From NCBI GenBank assembly GCA_028685755.1, contig JAQUDJ010000001.1, positions 113,208 to 177,207 of the forward strand: a DNA stretch of 64,000 bases, in the 5' to 3' direction. Of the stretch, positions 58,217-64,000 are shown piece after piece. The position numbers and the translations under genes were made by a program. The notes under the pieces are model-generated. The model made no database searches. It was not told where the DNA came from and was given only the letters and a program-made list of their open reading frames with translations. The DNA is from Eubacteriales bacterium (GTDB lineage: Bacteria; Bacillota; Clostridia; Saccharofermentanales; UBA5734). The number at the start of each line of letters is the position of its first letter. Position 1 is the first letter of the stretch.

Positions 58217-59732
58217 ACGGGACGAATTTCAGACCAAGACCCTTTAATTCAAACGGGTAGGCCGTGCGCGTTTCTTCAACATAAGCTGTGTAGGCTTCAT
58301 CAAGGAGGATGTCTTTGATGTTAAGTTTCCATTCTGGTTCACTGTCGGAAATGAAATACATGATGTGGAAGCCGTAGTTGGTTTGGACGATGCCGGTGTC
58401 ACCTGGGAGACGCGCTGCATCAAATGCCCAATTGTTGAAGGTTTCGACCATTTGACCCGGGTAGACGTTTTCGTAGAGGCCGCCAGCATCAGCATTGTCT
58501 TCTGAATTGGTTTTGGCTAATTCGGCAAAGGCATCTTCAGTTCTGTCGCCTGCTGTGTATTGTGCCAAAATGCCTTCAGCTTTTGTTTTTGCGGCAGCAA
58601 TTTCTTCAGGTGTGGCAGTTGTTTCGTCAGCCGTAATCAGGATATGACGGACATTGACACGGGTCTGATCATCAATTGAACGATCAATGAAATACAACAC
58701 GGACGATCCTGTTGTGTCATCTACGACTGCAATGTCCCCGATTTTGCGGGTTGCATCAAATAGCCAGGATGATTGAATCAAAGAAGATATGTCACTATAC
58801 CGTATGTTTGATGATAAGGAGGCGTCACTGTTCGTGTAGCTTTCCTTGGCATCTGCGGTGGCATTCGCAATGGCCTGAGCTTTGAAGCTTTCTTCATCGC
58901 TGATTAGTGTTTTCATTGCTTCAGCTTTGGCTTTGGCATCTGCTAACGCTTTTGTCGATTCTTCATCGGTTGCGCCTTCAGCGATTTCAGCTGCGAAGAA
59001 GAAACTGCGGAAGTTCACGATATCAAATTCATCTTGATGCGCTTGGTAATAAGCGCTGAGTTGGTCATCCGTAATGGCAAAATCAGATCTTTTTTGTTCG
59101 GCAAATTTATTGGCCAAAAGTAATTTTTCAAAAACTGGGGTCAAGGATGCTTCTGAAGCGCCTTTACCAAAATATTGGGCCATATAGTTCGTGGTACTGA
59201 CCCCGGCTTGTGTGGCAGCGTCGGCAATCGAAACGAAAAAATCTGTAATGAGAGTATGATCTGCTTCTTCAAGGGTTAAACCCGCTTTGGCGGCCTCAAC
59301 AGATAGCATGTGGTTTTCTTGAACAGATTCTGCTGCATAATTCAGAATGTAATCTTGCATGGTTTCATAGCCATCGGTGTAGCTAGGTCCGGCAAGAAAT
59401 TCGGTCTTGGCAATTTCATCTGTAAAATCAATGCCATAATTGCTAGCGATCATGTAAAAATAGTAGTTCATTTCAACAGCTTTGATTTTGTCACCGTTGA
59501 CATCCATGACGGACAATTGCTGTTGGGGCAAACCACTGTTCACACCATACCAGCCGCCACCTGCCAAGAGAGCGACAACGAGGACGACTGCGAGGATGAT
59601 TCGGACGAGCGGGCTACCCATTTTGATCGGTTTTTTACCGCCGCGTTTGTCTTTCAAGCCTTCTAGCCGTTCTTTGCGTTCTTCGCGGGCTTTTTCCGCA
59701 TTCCACTGCTGTTCGTTTTTTTGTTCAGTCAT
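58215..59732 (-). CDS. Membrane-anchored parvulin-type peptidyl-prolyl isomerase (PrsA/SurA-like)
   Basis: It has a Lys-rich N-terminus, a TM helix, a long chaperone-like domain and a parvulin domain (VNVRHILI, NYGFHIMY). The start is set at the ATG at 59732, which has an AGGATGG RBS. The ORF track extends to 59807, which has no RBS. Confidence 0.85.
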   Translation of the reverse strand: MTEQKNEQQWNAEKAREERKERLEGLKDKRGGKKPIKMGSPLVRIILAVVLVVALLAGGGWYGVNSGLPQQQLSVMDVNGDKIKAVEMNYYFYMIASNYGIDFTDEIAKTEFLAGPSYTDGYETMQDYILNYAAESVQENHMLSVEAAKAGLTLEEADHTLITDFFVSIADAATQAGVSTTNYMAQYFGKGASEASLTPVFEKLLLANKFAEQKRSDFAITDDQLSAYYQAHQDEFDIVNFRSFFFAAEIAEGATDEESTKALADAKAKAEAMKTLISDEESFKAQAIANATADAKESYTNSDASLSSNIRYSDISSLIQSSWLFDATRKIGDIAVVDDTTGSSVLYFIDRSIDDQTRVNVRHILITADETTATPEEIAAAKTKAEGILAQYTAGDRTEDAFAELAKTNSEDNADAGGLYENVYPGQMVETFNNWAFDAARLPGDTGIVQTNYGFHIMYFISDSEPEWKLNIKDILLDEAYTAYVEETRTAYPFELKGLGLKFVP

Positions 59733-59856
59733 GTGTTGTCCATCCTTTATTTGCGATCTTTTAGCTGATTTTGTTTCGAGTGGCGGTGTTTGAGTTTTTG
59801 ATATCATTTGACATACCGTGTTGAGTCAAATTGAAGTCTTTGACGCACAGTCAATC

Positions 59857-59884
59857 ATTATAGCATCTCAATGTGATCTGACAA
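59857..59884 (-). promoter_or_regulatory. Candidate PPIase promoter
   Basis: On the minus strand, TTGTCA (59884-59879), a 16-nt spacer and TGcTATAAT (59865-59857). Confidence 0.5.
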
Positions 59885-59898
59885 TGATCAAATTAATG

Positions 59899-60507
59899 TT
59901 ATTTAGTTGGAGTGGTTTTGGGTCGGGGTTGGCGCGGGGGTGCTTTGAAGCCAAGTTCGGCCGCTTTTTTATAAAATGATGTGCTGCGCAGATTGGCTAG
60001 CGCCGCTGCTTCACGACCAGTAAGTTGGCCTTGAGACCAGCGTTGGCAGATATCACGGAATGCTGCTGGGATCGCAACGGGTGGTCGGCCGATCCGTCGT
60101 CCTTGGCCACGAGCGATTTGAATGCCTTGCTTTTTACGTTCAGACTGGAATTCAAAATCAAGTTCTGCAAAGGTTCGCAGAATTTTTAAACTTTGGCGAC
60201 CAGTTGCACTTCGGCTATCAAAACCATCTTCAAGCAAAACCAGTTCAGCGCCCTTGGCTTCAATCTGAAAATAAACGTCAAGAAAATCTCGGCTTTGACG
60301 ACAGAACCGATCGGCAGCTGCAGCAAATACCACATCGCCAGTAACAAGGACATCGAGAAGTTTCTGGCGTTGCTCAAGCTTGTCGGAGCGCGGTGTCAAT
60401 CGCTCGACATAAATTTTATCGAAATTGCCGATGGTATCGAGTTGCATCGCTTGGCGGCTGACTTCTTTTTCAATCTGATCCAATAACATATAGGCGTATC
60501 GGGACAT
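59899..60507 (-). CDS. Serine-recombinase (resolvase/invertase) homologue lacking the catalytic serine
   Basis: It aligns by eye to gamma-delta resolvase over the catalytic domain and the C-terminal HTH. The YARVST nucleophile motif reads YAYMLL here. GGAGAG RBS. It starts 1 nt after the HAD gene stop. Confidence 0.75.
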   Translation of the reverse strand: MSRYAYMLLDQIEKEVSRQAMQLDTIGNFDKIYVERLTPRSDKLEQRQKLLDVLVTGDVVFAAAADRFCRQSRDFLDVYFQIEAKGAELVLLEDGFDSRSATGRQSLKILRTFAELDFEFQSERKKQGIQIARGQGRRIGRPPVAIPAAFRDICQRWSQGQLTGREAAALANLRSTSFYKKAAELGFKAPPRQPRPKTTPTK

Positions 60508-60508
60508 G

Positions 60509-61189
60509 TTAACTCTCCAAAAATGTGATTAAGTCATTTGGATGGTCGATCCAAACAGCAGGATGGGCTTGTTGCAGTGGGCTTTTGGGCATGCGTGTCC
60601 ACCCGACCATGACTGGCTGGCAACCTGCGCGCACGGCACATTCGAGGTCATGAATGCTGTCGCCGACATAAATCACGCGGCCGGGTTGCGAAAGGCCTAA
60701 GCGATCCATCGCAGCGAAAAGCGGGTCAGGATTGGGTTTATGGCGCACGGTGTCTTCCTTGGTAATAATTAGATCAAAATATTCCGCAAGCTCAAAATCA
60801 CGCAAGCTCGGTTGTAATGCAACGTTGCGTTTGCTCGTCACGATCGCGGTCGGAATATTCATCTTGCGCAAAGTTTGCAGCATTTGTGGAATACCAACAA
60901 ATAAGCCAATACCCTGGCCAAGATGCGCAAGATTGTATTCGAGATAGGTTTTCATTAAGTTCTCTGATATTTCCGCTGGATATGAACTAAAAACAGATTC
61001 CAGCGGCATCCCGATCGTCGCTTTGATGGCGGCTTCGTCTGCTGGCTGCCCCAGATTTTGGGTGAATGTCTGTTGGAAGCATTCGATAATGAAAGGGATA
61101 GAGTCGATCAAGGTACCATCGACATCAAAAATGATCGCGTCCCATTGCTTTGGGTCAATCTTCATTGGTTTCAACTTTCTTGTCGTCAT
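60509..61189 (-). CDS. HAD-superfamily hydrolase (phosphoglycolate phosphatase / PpaX-like)
   Basis: It has motif I (FDVDGTLIDS), motif II (VTSK) and motif III (GDS.HD). The start is uncertain: 61189 or 61165. Confidence 0.85.
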   Translation of the reverse strand: MTTRKLKPMKIDPKQWDAIIFDVDGTLIDSIPFIIECFQQTFTQNLGQPADEAAIKATIGMPLESVFSSYPAEISENLMKTYLEYNLAHLGQGIGLFVGIPQMLQTLRKMNIPTAIVTSKRNVALQPSLRDFELAEYFDLIITKEDTVRHKPNPDPLFAAMDRLGLSQPGRVIYVGDSIHDLECAVRAGCQPVMVGWTRMPKSPLQQAHPAVWIDHPNDLITFLES

Positions 61190-62537
61190 GATTCAAGATG
61201 CGAATTTGAACTTTAGCAATCCGTTTATCATCCATCGACATAACTGTAAATTCGAGTGTGCCAAAGGATATTGTCAATTGTTCGTTTTCATCGGGGATTT
61301 TGCCGAGTAGTCGAATAACTAGGCCTGCAAGTGTATCAATGTCGTCGTCTGGAAATTGAACGTTGAAGGCTTCTGACACGTCATCGAGTGGCGTCATGCC
61401 ATCTACGATATAGGTGTTCTCATCGATTTGGACGATCAAGGACTCTTCTTCGTCATATTCATCTTGCAGGCTACCGACGATCTCTTCAATCAAGTCTTCA
61501 ATCGTGATGATCCCAGCCGTTCCGCCGTATTCGTCGATTACAATGGCCATCTGCACGCGATTTTTCTGCATTTCACGGAAAACCGCGTCAGAATTCTTTG
61601 ATTCAGGCACGACATAGGGAGATCTGATGAGGTTGCGCAATGAAAAGTCATCATGCTTGCCATCGAGGGCAACTTGTAAGAGATCCTTGACGTGTAAAAT
61701 ACCGATAATATTATCGATACTTTCTTCATAGACCGGAATTCGGGTGTATTGATCTTGAAGGGCTTTTTCGATCACTTCTTTAAAAGTTGCTTCGACATCG
61801 AGAGCAATGACATCCGTGCGGTGGGTCATGATTTCTTTGACAGCCATGTCGTTGAACTCAAAGATGTTTTCGATCATCTCTTTTTCTTCTTCATGGATGC
61901 TTCCAAGTTCACGGCCAACATCGACCATCATGCGAATTTCTTCTTCAGTCACGCTGCGGTCGACTTGATTCGGATCGATTCTGAGCAAGCGCAGGACAAG
62001 GTTCGTGGATAGCGTCAGCAAACGGACGAAGGGGTGCATCACGACACCCAATACGGTAATTGCGCCAACGACAGCATTCGCCAGTTTTTCCGGATTATGT
62101 TGAGCGAGGCGTTTGGGAACAAGTTCGCCTAGGACAAGCGAAAAGTAGGCTAAAAGGATCGTCACCGCCACGACGCTAAAGGTATGAATAATGGGCATAT
62201 CAAGACCGATTAAGGCATATAGACGGTTGGCAAATTTCTCTGCTGCAAACGCTGATGATAAGAAACCAGCTAATGTGACCCCAACTTGGATCGTGGCAAG
62301 AAAGCGGCTTGGTTCGACAATGAGGCGATAAATTTTTGCCGCTATTTTGTCGCCTTCTTCGGCTTTGCGGCGAATTTTGTTGTCATTGAGTGAAATAATC
62401 GCTAATTCGGTGGCAGCAAAGAATGCATTGACCAGAATGAGAAGCGCCAGAATAAACAAGTCGATGATCCATGACGATGTTTCGGTGGTTGCAGCGGTTG
62501 CCAAAGACATTGCAATCCGTATACTGCCTTCTTCCAA
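61155..62537 (-). CDS. CNNM/TlyC-family membrane protein (DUF21 + CBS pair + CorC_HlyC)
   Basis: It has a 4-TM N-terminal domain, tandem CBS domains and a C-terminal transporter-associated domain. TTG start with AAGGAG 9 nt upstream. Confidence 0.85.
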   Translation of the reverse strand: MEEGSIRIAMSLATAATTETSSWIIDLFILALLILVNAFFAATELAIISLNDNKIRRKAEEGDKIAAKIYRLIVEPSRFLATIQVGVTLAGFLSSAFAAEKFANRLYALIGLDMPIIHTFSVVAVTILLAYFSLVLGELVPKRLAQHNPEKLANAVVGAITVLGVVMHPFVRLLTLSTNLVLRLLRIDPNQVDRSVTEEEIRMMVDVGRELGSIHEEEKEMIENIFEFNDMAVKEIMTHRTDVIALDVEATFKEVIEKALQDQYTRIPVYEESIDNIIGILHVKDLLQVALDGKHDDFSLRNLIRSPYVVPESKNSDAVFREMQKNRVQMAIVIDEYGGTAGIITIEDLIEEIVGSLQDEYDEEESLIVQIDENTYIVDGMTPLDDVSEAFNVQFPDDDIDTLAGLVIRLLGKIPDENEQLTISFGTLEFTVMSMDDKRIAKVQIRILNHDDKKVETNED

Positions 62538-62692
62538 GGTTATAAACTCCTTTTGTGCTCGGGTGCCAACTGTCTGATAAAAGACGTCATTGGTCAGTCA
62601 CCCTGTGTTTCGAAAAACTGATAGTTTTCATATCATACCAAGTTTCCGAAGCTCGGGCAACCGCGGCAAGGGTCGCAGGTTACGACTCATAG

Positions 62693-62721
62693 TTGGAAAT
62701 ACGTAATATAATGGTTAAAAT
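62693..62721 (+). promoter_or_regulatory. Candidate promoter of the amino-acid ABC operon
   Basis: TTGGAA (62693-62698), a 17-nt spacer and TAAAAT (62716-62721). Confidence 0.45.
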
Positions 62722-62738
62722 TATGCAAACCATAATTT
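62718..62738. promoter_or_regulatory. 8-bp perfect inverted repeat overlapping the -10/TSS (operator-like)
   Basis: AAATTATG-caaac-CATAATTT. Confidence 0.4.
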
Positions 62739-62771
62739 AGCAAACTAATTAACCCTACAAGGAGTTCTCGC

Positions 62772-63587
62772 ATGAATCGGTCCACACAACGTCTCTTCAC
62801 GCTCGTTCTAACTCTCGCGTTGACCCTAGGTCTTCTCGCCGGTTGTCAATCCACCAAAACCACCACATTGACTGTCGGTATGGAACTGGCCTACCCCCCA
62901 TTTGAAACATCAACAACCGATAATCAGCCCACTGGGTTTAGCGTTGATTTTGCGCAAGCGCTCGGTGCTAAATTGGGGCGCGACGTAGTCATTGAAAATA
63001 TTGCTTGGTCCGGACTGATCCCCGCGCTTGAAACTGGCAAAATTGACTTGATCATTTCATCGATGACGATCACCGAAGATCGCCAAAAGACAATCGACTT
63101 TTCAGACCCCTATGCGATGAGCAATCTTGCGCTGCTCATTAACTCAGATTCACCGGTTCAGTCGTACGCTGACTTAGCAATGGACGGTCGCATCCTCGCC
63201 GTCAAAAAAGGTTCAACCGGCCATATTTACGCTGAAAAGAACCTGCCTGCAGCAAATTATCGCGTATTTGACAAGGAAAGTGCCTGCGTCCTCGAAGTTG
63301 TCCAGGGCAAAGCGGATGCTTTCACATATGATCAGCTGACCATTTTCCGCAATGGCCAAGATAATCCAGACACCACGCGTGTCAATCTCATGCCATATTC
63401 CGAAAACACAGAATATTGGGGTGTCGGTATCAAAAAAGGTAACGATCAGCTAAAAGCAGATGTCAATAAATTCATCGCCGAGTATCGCCAATCTGGTGGG
63501 TTCGATCTTTTAGCAGAAAAGTACCTCACCGCTGAACAAAAGACTTTTGATGAACTCAATATTCCATTTTTCTTTGATGTCGGCTAA
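62772..63587 (+). CDS. Amino-acid ABC transporter substrate-binding lipoprotein (SBP family 3)
   Basis: It has a signal peptide with the lipobox LLAGC and SBP_bac_3 motifs (YPPFE, G.DV...IA, D.IIS.M). AAGGAG RBS. Confidence 0.9.
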   Translation: MNRSTQRLFTLVLTLALTLGLLAGCQSTKTTTLTVGMELAYPPFETSTTDNQPTGFSVDFAQALGAKLGRDVVIENIAWSGLIPALETGKIDLIISSMTITEDRQKTIDFSDPYAMSNLALLINSDSPVQSYADLAMDGRILAVKKGSTGHIYAEKNLPAANYRVFDKESACVLEVVQGKADAFTYDQLTIFRNGQDNPDTTRVNLMPYSENTEYWGVGIKKGNDQLKADVNKFIAEYRQSGGFDLLAEKYLTAEQKTFDELNIPFFFDVG

Positions 63588-64000
63588 ACAACCGTCCAAT
63601 AAAAACTACGCATCCCCGGTGACGGTTGAACGACCGTCATTTGGGATGCGATTTTTACATGGCGGTGTCGTCTTTCTTGTGATCGCCCTATTTTTTGGCT
63701 ATGCGGTCTTTAAGCTCGACCATAATTGGCAATGGGAACGGCTCTGGGAATACCGCCAGAAATACACGTTTGGCTTTGGCATAACCTTGTTTTTGAGCGG
63801 TGCATCGCTGATCGGCAGCTTGATTCTCGGTGTTTTGGCTGCTTTCGGCCGTCGATCACCGATTTTAATGTTGCGCTATTTAGCTCGGGTTTATATCGAG
63901 GCGATTCGTGGGACACCGCTGTTAGTCCAAACGATCTTTTTTTTCTATTTTATTGGTACGGCTTATCAGCTCAATAACCGCTATTGGATGGGTGTTCTCA
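63577..64000 (+). CDS. Amino-acid ABC transporter permease (5' part, runs off the window)
   Basis: An open frame runs from the ATG at 63577 to the window end and overlaps the SBP gene by 11 nt. It has TM segments and the EAIRGTPLLVQ motif of polar amino-acid permeases. Confidence 0.85.
   Translation, partial: MSAKQPSNKNYASPVTVERPSFGMRFLHGGVVFLVIALFFGYAVFKLDHNWQWERLWEYRQKYTFGFGITLFLSGASLIGSLILGVLAAFGRRSPILMLRYLARVYIEAIRGTPLLVQTIFFFYFIGTAYQLNNRYWMGVL

Noticed and set aside
59899-60507. Calling the resolvase-like gene a mobile element or genomic-island marker was considered.
   Set aside because: There are no terminal repeats, transposase, integrase or phage genes, and no obvious local change in base composition on reading the sequence. 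The gene is operonic with housekeeping genes and lacks catalytic residues.

Overview
This 64-kb chromosomal window of about 50% GC looks like Bacillota (Firmicutes), and about 90% of the coding sequence is on the minus strand. That assignment rests on ctsR-mcsA-mcsB-clpC with a textbook CtsR box, an Enterococcus-type ntp V-ATPase operon, hisZ plus short hisG, and rpmG-secE-nusG-rplKAJL. Read in the direction of transcription (high to low coordinates), the content is as follows:

- A CNNM/HAD/resolvase-like trio, then a prsA-like PPIase.
- A 0.69-kb non-coding island, then rpoB-rpoC.
- A 7TM-DISM GGDEF cyclase.
- A plus-strand SBP5 / homocysteine-methyltransferase-like / XRE trio.
- The ctsR-mcsAB-clpC operon with an appended CpXC gene.
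- tex.
- A 12.4-kb aromatic amino-acid super-operon, which opens with a PaaK-like ligase and ends in an ABC exporter.
- A nine-gene V-type ATPase operon.
- A ten-gene his operon with an embedded purC and a hisF-hisI fusion.
- rpmG-secE-nusG-rplK-rplA-rplJ-rplL, then amt-glnK.

I found no rRNA, tRNA, CRISPR array, intact mobile element or recognisable defence system. Most of the window is core housekeeping.

The parts I cannot explain with standard features are:
1. The 57.5-58.2 kb non-coding island. It has face-to-face promoters, a bidirectional terminator, a candidate antisense RNA of about 115 nt, a perfect 15-bp hairpin and a REP/BIME-like array of 44-bp units.
2. A serine-recombinase homologue that lacks the catalytic Ser/Arg and sits inside a housekeeping operon.
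3. A translationally coupled trio of orphan SBP5, truncated MetH-like protein and XRE regulator.
4. An ABC exporter and a PaaK-like ligase that bracket the complete shikimate/Phe/Tyr operon.
5. Phased short repeats and unusual gene fusions inside the his operon.

All functional calls come from reading motifs by eye. No database search was run.
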